IMG/VR virus record: IMGVR_UViG_2534681833_000008
From: a virus
Lineage: Duplodnaviria; Heunggongvirae; Uroviricota; Caudoviricetes
Reading direction: 5' to 3' (one strand)
DNA length: 28,381 nt
Shown: positions 1-9,725 of the stretch, in pieces
Numbering within the stretch: the first letter of the stretch is position 1
Layout of the letters: each line of letters begins with the position of its first letter
The notes under the pieces: generated by a model
What the model was told of the DNA's origin: nothing
Seen by the model: the letters and a program-made list of their open reading frames with translations, nothing else
The model's database searches: none
Made by a program: the position numbers and the translations under genes

Positions 1-52
1 CGAAGTTATTAGGTCTGAAGAGGAGTTTACGTCCAGCTGCGCATAAAAATCA

Positions 53-69
53 AGAATTATTAGAGCAAT
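53..69 (-). promoter_or_regulatory. C1 repressor operator-like site (Op99-type), reverse orientation
   Basis: Reverse complement is ATTGCTCTAATAATTCT, 15/17 match to the P1 C1 operator consensus ATTGCTCTAATAAATTT as remembered; lies upstream of coi-c1. Confidence 0.6.
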
Positions 70-135
70 AAATTTTGAGAGAAAAATCCCACTCCACCAG
101 CCAAAAACTGGATTGTTTTTCATAGTTGTTTGACA

Positions 136-152
136 ATTGCTCTAATAAATTA
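136..152 (+). promoter_or_regulatory. C1 repressor operator (Op99-type) overlapping a promoter
   Basis: ATTGCTCTAATAAATTA, 16/17 match to consensus; TTGACA hexamer immediately upstream at 130-135; reads toward coi-c1. Confidence 0.7.
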
Positions 153-390
153 TAGTTTTGCCGCCGTTTCGTAATACGACTTTGGATTCACTATTTAATG
201 TGTCTTCAGCGTTGTAGAGCGGCTCAGAAGGAAATGAGCAAACAGGGAAACCTTATACAACGGCATTACAGCTATGCATTGCTCATCTTACACACAGCGC
301 AATGTTGTTAGATTACCCCAGCATGGATCATGGGTGAAACAGTAGGTCAGAGCTTCAGGCTCTGTGTTGTCAATACAGTGAGGCATAATT

Positions 391-600
391 ATGGCTTTCA
401 TTCCACCAACCATCGACGACGTTAGACATTGCTCTAACGCTTTATCTGTAGACCCCGCCGAAACCGACGCTGCCCGCGCCATTGCTGAACACTACTCAAA
501 GATATCCAATCAGGAGTACCGCATCACCCAAGACGACCTGGATGATCTCACTGACACAATCGAATATCTCATGGCCACTAACCAGCCAGACTCACAATAA
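391..600 (+). CDS. coi: Coi, C1 inactivator (69 aa)
   Basis: ATG at 391 with GTGAGG Shine-Dalgarno; 69-aa acidic ORF directly upstream of c1 and downstream of C1 operators, the arrangement of P1 immC. Confidence 0.65.
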   Translation: MAFIPPTIDDVRHCSNALSVDPAETDAARAIAEHYSKISNQEYRITQDDLDDLTDTIEYLMATNQPDSQ

Positions 601-710
601 ATGCACTAATAAATCTATTATTTTCGTTGGATCCTTCTATAATGGTGGCCAACAACTCCCAGTGTAATCCGCTGTGAGTTGTTGGCCATGTCAATTCTGG
701 AGGAGGATCA

Positions 711-1535
711 ATGATAAATTATGTCTACGGCGAACAACTGTACCAGGAGTTCGTCAGCTTCAGGGATCTCTTTCTAAAAAAAGCTGTTGCACGCGCCCAA
801 CACGTTGATGCCGCCAGCGACGGTCGTCCTGTACGCCCGGTTGTCGTTCTGCCGTTCAAAGAAACTGACAGCATTCAGGCTGAAATTGATAAATGGACTT
901 TAATGGCGCGGGAACTGGAACAGTACCCAGACCTCAATATCCCAAAGACTATTTTATATCCAGTGCCTAACATCCTTCGCGGTGTGCGTAAGGTTACAAC
1001 TTATCAGACAGAAGCTGTGAACAGCGTCAACATGACCGCTGGCCGCATTATTCATCTGATTGATAAGGACATTCGCATCCAGAAAAGCGCGGGGATCAAT
1101 GAGCACAGTGCGAAATACATAGAGAACCTGGAAGCAACAAAAGAGCTAATGAAGCAGTACCCGGAGGATGAAAAATTCCGTATGCGTGTACACGGCTTTA
1201 GCGAAACAATGCTGCGCGTCCATTACATTTCCAGTAGCCCTAACTACAATGATGGTAAATCAGTTAGTTACCATGTGCCGCTGTGTGGTGTGTTTATCTG
1301 CGATGAAACTCTCCGTGATGGAATCATCATCAACGGTGAATTCGAGAAAGCAAAATTTAGCCTTTATGACTCTATAGAACCGATCATCTGCGACCGCTGG
1401 CCGCAGGCAAAAATATATCGCCTGGCAGATATTGAAAATGTAAAAAACAAATTGCCATCACTCGCGAAGAGAAAAAGGTCAAATCAGCCGCATCAGTTAC
1501 GCGCAGCCGTAAAACTAAGAAGGGGCAGCCAGTAA
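711..1535 (+). CDS. c1: C1 repressor of lysogeny, C-terminus altered by apparent -1 frameshift in an A6 tract
   Basis: ATG at 711 with GGAGGAGG SD. N-terminus MINYVYGEQLYQEF matches the P1 C1 repressor as remembered. ORF is 274 aa; one extra A in the run at 1442-1447 would give 283 aa ending at TAG 1559-1561, the length I recall for P1 C1. Confidence 0.85.
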   Translation: MINYVYGEQLYQEFVSFRDLFLKKAVARAQHVDAASDGRPVRPVVVLPFKETDSIQAEIDKWTLMARELEQYPDLNIPKTILYPVPNILRGVRKVTTYQTEAVNSVNMTAGRIIHLIDKDIRIQKSAGINEHSAKYIENLEATKELMKQYPEDEKFRMRVHGFSETMLRVHYISSSPNYNDGKSVSYHVPLCGVFICDETLRDGIIINGEFEKAKFSLYDSIEPIICDRWPQAKIYRLADIENVKNKLPSLAKRKRSNQPHQLRAAVKLRRGSQ

Positions 1536-1585
1536 ACGACAACCCCGAAAGCGCGCAATAGTTTCTATCCGGCATGGTCAATGAG

Positions 1586-3070
1586 TTATTCATTAAGCCA
1601 TGCCAGAGCTTCATCAACCTGCGCTTCGTCTTCGACGCTAAGCACTTCATCCTGGGGAACATAATCCGCCAGCATAGCGAAACAATATGTATCCCAATGG
1701 TCTGGTGAGTGCAGGTTGAGTTTTTTCTTCATATCCTCCTTACTCATCACCTTCCATTGACCTGCGGAGTTAATCCCTACAGGGATTTTCGACGCTTCCT
1801 CAATAGTTTCATTACCCTTATCCAGTCTCATACGACCTGATTTTACGGCCTCTGCGGCTTGAACGTTGGCATAAGCACGCTTATCAAAGTACAGGCTCTT
1901 ATCTTCACGGCTATGCATCTTTTTACCCCAGCGTATACGCTGTACGGTAATACCATAATACTCGTACATCAGATCCGCCGTTGCTTTACCCAGGCCATCG
2001 CCGTCTATCGCTATGGTGATATTTGGGAATCGCTCAGGATTACATTCTGCGAAAATTTTGGCGGCAAGCTGCGTTTCTGTAACGTCTGTGTATTCCAGCA
2101 TTCGATAGTTGATTACACGGCGTTTATTTCGCTGGCCGGACACCATCATGATATTGATAACTGACTTATCCCGTCCCGTACCACCAGCAACGTCCACACA
2201 TGCAAGCCAGCCCCATCCTTTGGCAATCTTAACTTTCCGCCGCGTTGCACGTTCAACCTCATCACGTCCAAGAAGGAAGCCGTCCTGTGATTTAGGGAAT
2301 AGGCCACGCACCTTAATCATGTACATAGGGTTATCACGCCCGCCGTACTCCGCCAGCTTCATTTTGATAAATTCTGGCGTTACCAGCGGTGATTCCTCAC
2401 TGTTAAGCGTGATCGCCGTATAAACGCCATCTGGGTTACCAGGACGCTTGGCCAGTTTATGGTGAGTATCGTAGAAATAGCCGCTTGGGCGTGTAGGCTG
2501 TGACAGTAATAAGATGCGGTTATCCTGTCCGGTAAGAGCACCGGTGATGATACCGAAAGCTCTATCACTGACACCGGAGGCTTCATCGATAATATACAGA
2601 AGATGATCTGCGTGTTCACCGGCGAGAGCTTCTTCACTTCCCAGACGAAAGCCCTTCGGTACTACAGTCCATACACCTTTACCAGTAACCTCATAGAAAG
2701 CGGTTTCTGTCAGAACAAAATAATCAGCAAGCCATGGAAAACGGCTGGTGGCAGTAGCCCAGTTTATCTTGATGTACTTGAATATACCGGTCATTACCTG
2801 CTGAATTTTGTTCGCAACGATAATGGCGCGGGCACCGGGATACATGATTATGAACAACATGATCATGATAGAAGTCATGTCTGATTTCCCGGTACCGTGA
2901 CCAGACGAAACAGATGTCTTGCTACCCTGTTCCTGCACAGACTCAATAATCAGATCCTGCTGCCAGGTAGGTGTTTTGCCGAACAAAACATCAGCGGCAG
3001 CAATCCAGTCATAACGATATAGCGCCACCAGCTCGCGCCAACGTGGATCCGTTACGCAACTTCTGGCCAT
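1586..3070 (-). CDS. pacB: Terminase large subunit PacB (494 aa)
   Basis: Walker A-like SGHGTGKS near the N-terminus; start ATG overlaps the pacA stop (TAATG); size as remembered for P1 PacB. Confidence 0.9.
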   Translation of the reverse strand: MARSCVTDPRWRELVALYRYDWIAAADVLFGKTPTWQQDLIIESVQEQGSKTSVSSGHGTGKSDMTSIMIMLFIIMYPGARAIIVANKIQQVMTGIFKYIKINWATATSRFPWLADYFVLTETAFYEVTGKGVWTVVPKGFRLGSEEALAGEHADHLLYIIDEASGVSDRAFGIITGALTGQDNRILLLSQPTRPSGYFYDTHHKLAKRPGNPDGVYTAITLNSEESPLVTPEFIKMKLAEYGGRDNPMYMIKVRGLFPKSQDGFLLGRDEVERATRRKVKIAKGWGWLACVDVAGGTGRDKSVINIMMVSGQRNKRRVINYRMLEYTDVTETQLAAKIFAECNPERFPNITIAIDGDGLGKATADLMYEYYGITVQRIRWGKKMHSREDKSLYFDKRAYANVQAAEAVKSGRMRLDKGNETIEEASKIPVGINSAGQWKVMSKEDMKKKLNLHSPDHWDTYCFAMLADYVPQDEVLSVEDEAQVDEALAWLNE

Positions 3071-4263
3071 TAATCATCATCCCCGTATAGCTTGCGGGTA
3101 ACTTCTTCGTCTTCCTCCTCGTCTTCGTCCAGGTCTTGTTCCAGCCATGGGTCGTTTGATACACCTTCAGTATCAACATCTCCATAACCGCCTGTATCAA
3201 CGATATCGGCGATTTCTTCCCTACGCTGCTCAATCCACAATGCGGCATCGGCGCGGCGGTTGGCGGCCCGTTCTCGCGCAACTTTGTCCAGATCTTCAAG
3301 AGAAGGGCCACCGACGGCTGTTTGCCTTTCCTCATCATCGGTATTGGTCTTAGGAGCACGCAGATCGGCTTTGATTTGCTCCAGCATCAGGGGCGGCACT
3401 TTCCCGCCATGCGCCTCGATGAATTCAGCTGCTTCCAGCACTGACCAGTTATTTTCACGCTTTCGTTCGTATGCCAGCTTAACAATGCCAGCTTGCCCCA
3501 TAGATAAAGCGTGCTTTTCCGCCTCCCGGCTTTCTTTTCGATAGTTATTCCGGATGCTGTAAATGGTGTTGATCAGACTGCTTATCTGCGCGGAACAGCT
3601 GTTTAGCATGCTCGCGATACGGTATTCAGGCGGAGTTCCTTCATCATCGTCTTTTTGCTGATCGCGAATTTCCTGCACCAGGCGAATACACGTATCCCTG
3701 GCGTTCTCCAGCATAAGGAGATGAGAGAGAGACTTTTCCAGAAGAGTGGTTTCCAGAACATCAGCCCCGGACCGACGCAACATAGCGCGCGCGGCCTTCC
3801 GCGCTTCAACGTTATCTATCAGGTAATCGCCAGCTTCGAATTCAAAGCGTTCACCATCATCATCCAGGGTGTCGCGTTCCAGGCGATCACGTAAGGTCCG
3901 GCGGGCGCGGGTGATCACGTCATGATCATCTGAACGATCATTTATGCGCTTATTTTGGCGCTTCGCATTCTCGACTGCGGCACTGACAACGGCATTAACT
4001 CTCTGTTTTTCCGCTATTTCAGCCGCAATATGATCACCTGCATGTTGATCATTAGAGTGATCAATGATCATGCTTTTTAGTGGCTTCCTGACTGGCTTAT
4101 TTGGCTTGCGGCTGTCCGCAGTCCTGGTGTCTTCTTTGAAGGCACGGAGATAACGACGTGCGGTATTAGGGTTAAGATTAAACTCGGCGGCATACTGTGC
4201 GATGGTGTAACCACCATCTCGCGCCAGGCGAGCAAAATTCTTTTTGTGATCGTCCCAGGTCAC
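3070..4263 (-). CDS. pacA: Terminase small/pac-recognition subunit PacA (397 aa)
   Basis: GTG start at 4263 preceded by AAGGAAG SD and an in-frame TAA; N-terminal HTH-like segment; acidic C-terminal tail; contains the pac hexamer clusters; size as remembered for P1 PacA. Confidence 0.85.
   Translation of the reverse strand: MTWDDHKKNFARLARDGGYTIAQYAAEFNLNPNTARRYLRAFKEDTRTADSRKPNKPVRKPLKSMIIDHSNDQHAGDHIAAEIAEKQRVNAVVSAAVENAKRQNKRINDRSDDHDVITRARRTLRDRLERDTLDDDGERFEFEAGDYLIDNVEARKAARAMLRRSGADVLETTLLEKSLSHLLMLENARDTCIRLVQEIRDQQKDDDEGTPPEYRIASMLNSCSAQISSLINTIYSIRNNYRKESREAEKHALSMGQAGIVKLAYERKRENNWSVLEAAEFIEAHGGKVPPLMLEQIKADLRAPKTNTDDEERQTAVGGPSLEDLDKVARERAANRRADAALWIEQRREEIADIVDTGGYGDVDTEGVSNDPWLEQDLDEDEEEDEEVTRKLYGDDD
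3912..4070. other. pac packaging site: seven TGATCA/CGATCA hexamers in two clusters (3 + 4) inside pacA
   Basis: Hexamers at 3912-3917, 3923-3928, 3935-3940 and 4031-4036, 4046-4051, 4058-4063, 4065-4070, each containing a Dam GATC; about 160 bp span, matching the known P1 pac architecture (two hexamer clusters, Dam-regulated). Confidence 0.8.
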
Positions 4264-4348
4264 TTATGCTTCCTTTCGTAAAAACTCTTTTTGACGCGAG
4301 GGTAACGAAAGTCACATGTCAAAAGGCCCGGAACGGGCAAGCAATCAA

Positions 4349-4801
4349 TCAGATACGTGCGGATGTGGCATTACCGTAATGACGGTGCTGACGGGCCACC
4401 TTATTGAAAAGTTGACGCGCCATTACCCAAGGCTGGTGCTCCCGGCGTTCCTTTTCGTCCTGCGTCATATAGAGTTCGTTCTGGAGTTTTTCATCAAACC
4501 GGCGCGGAGCGCGGCTACGGCGAAAGAATTCAGGATTCAGAGAGTGGATCTGAAATCTACGTGGGCGTGTACTGTCATCAATCAAAACAGACGAATACTT
4601 AGACACAGCGATAGCCTTTAAGCGCAGATAAACATCGCGCTTATCGACATCCAGATGCGGGTATTCCTTTTCAAGAATTGCTGCGAGTTCTTTCGCTGAT
4701 AGAAGAGATTTAGTGCGGATCATGTAATCCGCAATCTCGTACGATGTTATTCGTGAGTGATTTATTTCCATGAAGTGGCGTCCCTGCCAGTTAAGTAACA
4801 T
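4349..4801 (-). CDS. lpa: Late promoter activator Lpa (gene 10)-like protein, 150 aa
   Basis: Sits immediately upstream of pacA as in P1; ATG at 4801 with AGGTGA SD; a C1 operator-like site lies just upstream. Identity rests on position and size, not recognised sequence. Confidence 0.5.
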   Translation of the reverse strand: MLLNWQGRHFMEINHSRITSYEIADYMIRTKSLLSAKELAAILEKEYPHLDVDKRDVYLRLKAIAVSKYSSVLIDDSTRPRRFQIHSLNPEFFRRSRAPRRFDEKLQNELYMTQDEKERREHQPWVMARQLFNKVARQHRHYGNATSARI

Positions 4802-4871
4802 CCTGTCACCTACTGATTAGCCCATGTCAACTAATCAACGTGGAATATAATACCCTCGATTAAATAAATAG

Positions 4872-4888
4872 CAATACATTAGAGCAAT
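4872..4888 (-). promoter_or_regulatory. C1 operator-like site upstream of lpa
   Basis: Reverse complement ATTGCTCTAATGTATTG, 14/17 match; overlaps a TTGCTA...TATTAT promoter-like region on the minus strand. Confidence 0.5.
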
Positions 4889-4889
4889 T

Positions 4890-5933
4890 TTATCTAACGC
4901 TCGACGAGTGACTTGTGATAGCGCCGACTCCAAGCGCGTAATCAAAGAACAATCGTTGATGCATCGCCAGCCTACCGTGTGTTTTCTCCCAATTATCGCG
5001 GTCACGCTCAATATCACGCTGGCATGACTGGCACAGAGGAATAGCATAAATGTCATGCGCGCATAATCGACTATGACGAACGATATAAGGCGTAATGTGA
5101 GCGCCAGCTCCCGCAGCTCCACAGCCACAGCATGGACGGGAAGCAACAAAGTCCATGTACTCAGGTAATTTTAGCGATTGAAGTTTTGGTATTTTGAAAT
5201 GCGCCATACCTGGGTCGGAGTCAACATCCACAGGACATACTTTTGCACGCATCGGCGCGGCGCGTTCTTCCATCATCTGAACATATGCTATAGCGCGATC
5301 GTCATACGGGCGAATATCCGCCTCTTTCAGAGGTCCGCTATCCTGCGGAGTAGCCTTCATCTTATTTATTGATATGCGGCAGACTTCTTCCGGCATCAGG
5401 TGCATCATGTTGCGCATGAAAGCCCACCAGCACAGTTCCTGAATACTTAAATCATGGCCATCTGAAAGCCCCATTTCCTGACGGGCGACATCCAGTATCC
5501 AGTTAACGCGATTATTATGCAGCGTTTCTTTCAGCTCATTAAAACCACGCATCCGGTAATGGTTATCGTGATGCCAGCACAACAACACCGCGCTATTGTC
5601 TCGTTCAGCGTGGACAATATGGTTGTCACACCAACTACGATCTGCGGCCTGGCATTGCCCCTCTTTCCTGCGCAACCACGCCACCAGCGAGTCAATTCCA
5701 CCAATACGGCGAAACAGTTCATCGCTGTTAAAAAACGGCTGCAACGCCTCATTTGTTGCCATAGTTTGCTCGGAAACAACGAGGCCGTCGTCCATGTGCT
5801 CGATTAACTCACGCGGCACCGGCTCCATAATAAATTTACGGCCAGCCTCCACCAGCTTTCTGACCTCCTGGTCCACTTTGAACGTGGCGAGGCCAAGCTC
5901 TTTCTGTACAAATGGAGTAATTACGGCTTTCAC
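4890..5933 (-). CDS. Hypothetical protein, 347 aa, Cys-rich C-terminus (pdc-region, post-doc)
   Basis: GTG start at 5933 with AAGG SD; long ORF between doc and lpa; C-terminal CCGCG...C..C motif suggests metal binding. May correspond to P1 pdcA/pdcB, but I cannot confirm. Confidence 0.5.
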   Translation of the reverse strand: MKAVITPFVQKELGLATFKVDQEVRKLVEAGRKFIMEPVPRELIEHMDDGLVVSEQTMATNEALQPFFNSDELFRRIGGIDSLVAWLRRKEGQCQAADRSWCDNHIVHAERDNSAVLLCWHHDNHYRMRGFNELKETLHNNRVNWILDVARQEMGLSDGHDLSIQELCWWAFMRNMMHLMPEEVCRISINKMKATPQDSGPLKEADIRPYDDRAIAYVQMMEERAAPMRAKVCPVDVDSDPGMAHFKIPKLQSLKLPEYMDFVASRPCCGCGAAGAGAHITPYIVRHSRLCAHDIYAIPLCQSCQRDIERDRDNWEKTHGRLAMHQRLFFDYALGVGAITSHSSSVR

Positions 5934-5960
5934 ATCACACCTTTAATCACTGATTGGGCT

Positions 5961-6140
5961 TTATCTGCTGCCCGGCATTCTCTGTTTAAGCACAACCATT
6001 TCCTGACGGCATAACACAGCAATAGCGGTCCTGGCACCAATTTGCTTACCAACCAGGTATTGCTTTACCTCGCGGCGACTCACGCCATCAAGAAGCATCT
6101 TTAACGCTTCACGGGACAATTTGTTGTATTTACGTGCCAT
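5961..6140 (-). CDS. Small basic HTH-like protein, 59 aa (pdc-region)
   Basis: ATG at 6140 with GGAG SD 8 nt upstream, 5 nt after the doc stop. The ORF track's upstream ATG at 6161 overlaps doc and lacks an SD. Confidence 0.4.
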   Translation of the reverse strand: MARKYNKLSREALKMLLDGVSRREVKQYLVGKQIGARTAIAVLCRQEMVVLKQRMPGSR

Positions 6141-6144
6141 TAAT

Positions 6145-6525
6145 CTACTCCGCGGAACCATACAATCTACGTAACGTGTCGGCGACAGAAGATACAGATA
6201 TCTCTCCGGTCGCAGCCCCTACGGTAAGGTCTGCCAGTTCAGGTGAATCAAATACCTGCACCCCGTTACGGCGTAGAAATAACAGCGCACTGTTTAGCGC
6301 GGTACGCTTATTGGCATCATTGAATATATGCCCTCTCGCTGTAGCCACCAGGTAGGTGGCGGAGACTTCGAAAAGGTCGGTGATCTCTTCGTAGGCAACT
6401 CTGGCCTGAACTCTCCCGATAATGGCCTCTGCCCTACCCGGATCTGACATTCCCGGCAAGCCGCCGTAGCGGTTTATATTCGCATCATGAAGCGCAATAA
6501 GTTCTTCCGGTGATATATGCCTCAT
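6145..6525 (-). CDS. doc: Doc toxin (death on curing; Fic-fold kinase)
   Basis: 126-aa product [17 protein letters not shown]...RRLYGSAE is near-identical to P1 Doc as remembered; start overlaps the phd stop. Confidence 0.95.
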   Translation of the reverse strand: MRHISPEELIALHDANINRYGGLPGMSDPGRAEAIIGRVQARVAYEEITDLFEVSATYLVATARGHIFNDANKRTALNSALLFLRRNGVQVFDSPELADLTVGAATGEISVSSVADTLRRLYGSAE

Positions 6526-6746
6526 TATCGGTTAACCAGTTCCTTGTTGGTGGAGTCCAGGGTGTCAAACAGGGATGCAAATTCAGCATCCAGCGCCGCT
6601 TTTTTGTAGGCTTCAAAAGTAGCCTTGCTGACAATTACTGCTGGCTCACGGCCTCTGCGGGTGATTTCAACCTCTTCCCCGGCTTCAACATTGTTGAGCA
6701 CTTCAGAAAGGTTGCCGCGCGCGGTACGGAAGTTAATGGATTGCAT
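6525..6746 (-). CDS. phd: Phd antitoxin (prevent host death), 73 aa
   Basis: [17 protein letters not shown]...TNKELVNR matches P1 Phd; ATG at 6746 with GAGG SD. The track's GTG at 6752 adds two residues and is less likely. Confidence 0.95.
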   Translation of the reverse strand: MQSINFRTARGNLSEVLNNVEAGEEVEITRRGREPAVIVSKATFEAYKKAALDAEFASLFDTLDSTNKELVNR

Positions 6747-6751
6747 AAACA

Positions 6752-6790
6752 CCTCGTGTACTCGTTATGTGTACACAATTATAAACTTCA
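6752..6790 (-). promoter_or_regulatory. phd-doc promoter/operator region with palindromic Phd-binding-type sites
   Basis: Perfect palindrome TGTGTACACA at 6770-6779 and a related GTGTAC half-site at 6758-6763, immediately upstream of phd beside a TATAAT-like hexamer. Phd/Doc autoregulation through palindromic operators is established for P1. Confidence 0.5.
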
Positions 6791-6818
6791 CAGGCATAAA
6801 GCACCAGCACTTTGCAGC

Positions 6819-7208
6819 TTAAATAACCGGACAATCATCAAATTCCCCACTTCGGGCATCATTGATGACATGAGTGATCACACCAAAAACAGCATTACTG
6901 CCCGTGTAACCATCGTCATCTACTGGTAACGCCTCTTTCTTCCCGGTGCTTAAATCCTCCAGGTGCTGGCGCGGATACTTTCGGTATCTCTTTATGCGAT
7001 ATTCACCCTCCATAGCGCACACAAGCAGCGAACCATCAACTGGAGTAAGCGAAGAATCAACCACCAGCAAAGCACCCTGCAATATTCCCTCGCGGTGATG
7101 GCTGTCTGCCGCCCGCATGAAGTAGGTCGCTGATGGATGCCTGATTAGTTGCTGATCAAGAGAAATTCTGCTTTCAACATAATCCGCCGCAGGAGAAGGG
7201 AAGCCCAT
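6819..7208 (-). CDS. humD: HumD, UmuD'-like S24 peptidase-fold protein (129 aa)
   Basis: Aligns with the E. coli UmuD C-terminal domain (LLVVDSSLTPVDGSLLVCAMEGEYRIKRY ... VFGVITHVI) and lacks the N-terminal cleaved arm, as in P1 HumD; SOS box upstream. Confidence 0.85.
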   Translation of the reverse strand: MGFPSPAADYVESRISLDQQLIRHPSATYFMRAADSHHREGILQGALLVVDSSLTPVDGSLLVCAMEGEYRIKRYRKYPRQHLEDLSTGKKEALPVDDDGYTGSNAVFGVITHVINDARSGEFDDCPVI

Positions 7209-7229
7209 AGCGTTTTCACCTCAATAATA

Positions 7230-7245
7230 CTGTTCATTTATACAG
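7230..7245. promoter_or_regulatory. LexA (SOS) box, CTGT-N8-ACAG
   Basis: taCTGTtcatttatACAGca, canonical spacing with AT-rich centre; 22 bp upstream of the humD start, within the divergent intergenic region. Confidence 0.7.
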
Positions 7246-7382
7246 CATACATTAAAGAGACACCTTTGGTGCAAACGCGTTATGTACATCAACCACCGCA
7301 GATGATTTTGTGCGCTTTGCTACTATTCATCACCAACGGATCAGCGTAACCTCGTTGCCAATCAGTTAATAAGGAATTAGCT

Positions 7383-7967
7383 ATGCCTGCCCGCATTCCT
7401 CTCGATCCTGTATTGCCCAAAAATTTTGACTGCACTCCTAACGAGAAACGCTCTAAAGCTCAGTTGGACGCCTGGTGGGACCATCCATATGGGGTTACAC
7501 AACCTGACGGGAAAATTGTAGTTTATTGTCTGAATGGTGGGGCGTGGGACCGTCCATCCGTGCTTGGTTTGGCAAATAACTATGATGAAGCCTGTGAACT
7601 TGCCGAAAGACAGCAGGCAAGCTGGGTAAAAACACGTTATGAACCGACATTCATGTTTTCAAAAGAACCGCCATTTATACTGGCGAGGATGCCGCAGCGA
7701 CCGGATCATCAACAAGAAATTGTTGCTGAATTTTCCTCTAGGGATGAGATGAATCTCTTCTCATTAAAGCAGGAAGAAAGGGATCGCGTCGAAGTGTCTC
7801 CAACTCTCGACCACAACCGGATGAACCTGGCCCAACTCGCCTGGTACAGCAAAGAATTAGAGATGTCTATTGCCCGACTTGAAAACGAAAAAGCCGCTAT
7901 CCAAGCCCAGCATGAAGTAGTTCTGAACCGGATTAGAGAAATGCAAAACGATAACAGGGGATTTTGA
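7383..7967 (+). CDS. Hypothetical protein, 194 aa, coiled-coil C-terminus (possible lxr-equivalent)
   Basis: ATG with AAGGA SD; divergent from humD across the LexA box; no motif recognised. Confidence 0.55.
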   Translation: MPARIPLDPVLPKNFDCTPNEKRSKAQLDAWWDHPYGVTQPDGKIVVYCLNGGAWDRPSVLGLANNYDEACELAERQQASWVKTRYEPTFMFSKEPPFILARMPQRPDHQQEIVAEFSSRDEMNLFSLKQEERDRVEVSPTLDHNRMNLAQLAWYSKELEMSIARLENEKAAIQAQHEVVLNRIREMQNDNRGF

Positions 7968-8330
7968 ATGGCTAAAATCGAGTACCATCGCGATCGCGGT
8001 AATTACCTGGAAATATACGATCATGAATCTCTTAACGATATCAACGATGCGTTATATGAATACTGTGAAAAAATGAGCATCACAGATGCACCTGACGCAT
8101 TTGTCGAGCTACCGGTATATCTCCGCGACATCTATGCAATACGGACGCCGCCCGTATCGGTAATTCACATTGGCTATGTCCGCCTGTCCATCGAAGAAGA
8201 TGAAGATCGTTATATCGTACGCCACTATACATTGGACAGAAAAGAGCTTCCCAATGAATGGAACATGAGTAATTTCTACAACGGTGAATATGGCTTAAAA
8301 CCCGCTATGAATGGCGCGGGCATTGCGTAA
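7968..8330 (+). CDS. Hypothetical protein, 120 aa
   Basis: ATG abuts the upstream stop (TGAATG) with GGGGA SD, implying translational coupling in a two-gene operon. Confidence 0.55.
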   Translation: MAKIEYHRDRGNYLEIYDHESLNDINDALYEYCEKMSITDAPDAFVELPVYLRDIYAIRTPPVSVIHIGYVRLSIEEDEDRYIVRHYTLDRKELPNEWNMSNFYNGEYGLKPAMNGAGIA

Positions 8331-8341
8331 TAGCCTAACAA

Positions 8342-8593
8342 CTATTCTGTTTTCTGATATGCCGGATCGTTCCCTTTTGGCAACTGGAGGCTTAACTGCC
8401 GGTAGTGCCGTAGACGTTCCATGAAATAGGTGCGCAGATTCTCTGGTTGCTCGCGGGCTACCTGTTCAGCTATGACAGGTATGTTCAATCGCTCTTTGTA
8501 GGCAACCCCCCTGGCAGCCAGGTCAACGTTAACTTTATTCCTTTCTTCCTGGCTTTTGGCTGCTATGTTCCATTCGTTCATATTAAATCCCAT
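8342..8593 (-). CDS. hot: Hot, homolog of DNA polymerase III theta subunit (HolE-like)
   Basis: [42 protein letters not shown] aligns closely with E. coli HolE. The start may be the second ATG (MNEW...), 12 nt downstream. Confidence 0.8.
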   Translation of the reverse strand: MGFNMNEWNIAAKSQEERNKVNVDLAARGVAYKERLNIPVIAEQVAREQPENLRTYFMERLRHYRQLSLQLPKGNDPAYQKTE

Positions 8594-9049
8594 CCAGAAT
8601 AATTGAATAACGGCTATTATTTAGTCGCCGCAATATCTTCAAAGTTTTTTTCTCACCCCATTGCTTTTTGCGCACAGCTTATCTGGCTTGCGGTGCGCCG
8701 AAATGTAAATTCGCCTTCAGAGTTATCCACAAAGTTATGCACTTGCAACGAGGCCATTTTCCTCATACTGTGTTTGCACACACAGGAAATGGATATTTTA
8801 TTAATTGAATTTTATTAAATAATAATGATAAGGAGAAAATTTGAGATGTAATCATGACATTAATAGATAGGGCCTGCATTACAGGCCCCAACTACATCAA
8901 GGAATTCACAGTTCCCTGATTTTTATACCGAAAACATGTGCCGTAAGTTCACGTTAACGACTTTCTTTCACCGAATCCAACTATATAGAGGTTGGGTTTC
9001 TACGTCAACGTGAGAGCACACAGCTTTACATTTGACGAGGATTACCCTG

Positions 9050-9187
9050 ATGATTGTATTTTTTCAGTTTCTAAGTGCATTTTTAAATGCGCCTGTTCTT
9101 AGCCAAGTGCTGGCGATTGTCTTCATCGTGGTTCTGATATGGTTTTTCAAGTCAGTGATAAACAGAGGCGTGCGCTGGCTTATTTAA
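9050..9187 (+). CDS. Candidate small hydrophobic protein, 45 aa
   Basis: ATG at 9050 preceded by GAGGA SD at 8-nt spacing; predicted single TM helix (MIVFFQFLSAFLNAPVLSQVLAIVFIVVLIWFF...). Not in the ORF track because it is under 60 aa. Confidence 0.3.
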   Translation: MIVFFQFLSAFLNAPVLSQVLAIVFIVVLIWFFKSVINRGVRWLI

Positions 9188-9370
9188 TGTCGCGCTGAGA
9201 TATTAATTCCCTTGCTGTTTAACCATTTTTTGTGTGTGCTGGTGAGCGTGTGAAGGCTCAATTTGTTGCCCACCAGTATTTACTATTTCTAAGCTCCACA
9301 GTGTCACTTCCGCACAAACAACTTAGCGCGGAATCAGTATTCGGCCCAAGATGTAAAAAGCCAACCTGCG

Positions 9371-9595
9371 TTATGGTTCGCATTTCCAAATAGTGTTCTG
9401 AACGCCCGTGCCGGGCGCGAGATGTGGATTAGCGTTCGCGCTATGCTGATATACGGCTTTAGACTTTCCATATTGCTGACAGGCTTTATCTGCGGTTTTT
9501 TGCAGGCTATCCAGCCCATACCAGCCATCAGACTGGATGCTTACCTTTTCACCGTCATTGTATTGCACCATCGCGAACCCAAACATAGCTATCAT
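9371..9595 (-). CDS. Hypothetical small protein, 74 aa, hydrophobic N-terminus
   Basis: E. coli-like codon usage, in contrast to the overlapping plus-strand ORF 9422-9634, which uses rare AGA/ATA codons; weak SD. Confidence 0.3.
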   Translation of the reverse strand: MIAMFGFAMVQYNDGEKVSIQSDGWYGLDSLQKTADKACQQYGKSKAVYQHSANANPHLAPGTGVQNTIWKCEP

Positions 9596-9725
9596 CGCAC
9601 CGACAATACCGCTTTTCCAAAAAGCTCTAATTAGGTCATTCGTTGCCTAATGTCCGAACTGCTAAAGCATCAAAGTTGCTGTAGAATCACCGCCAATTAC
9701 TTAAGCCTGAAATAAGTGGAAGAAA

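Noticed and set aside
362-378. LexA-box-like CTGT-N9-ACAG just upstream of coi
   Set aside because: Spacer is 9 rather than 8 nt, so it does not fit the canonical SOS box; kept only as a note.
288-482. 64-aa minus-strand ORF overlapping the coi leader and coi start
   Set aside because: Antisense to coi, no SD, sits in the operator/leader region; treated as a shadow ORF.
1859-2884. Several plus-strand ORFs (101, 104, 93 aa) inside pacB
   Set aside because: Antisense to a confidently identified terminase gene; Pro/Arg/Ser-rich translations typical of shadow frames.
8603-8818. 71-aa plus-strand ORF after hot
   Set aside because: No SD, Cys/Leu-rich low-complexity translation, AT-rich intergenic context.
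9422-9634. 70-aa plus-strand ORF overlapping the 9371-9595 minus-strand ORF
   Set aside because: Uses rare AGA/ATA codons and lacks an SD; the opposite-strand ORF has better codon usage, though neither is certain.
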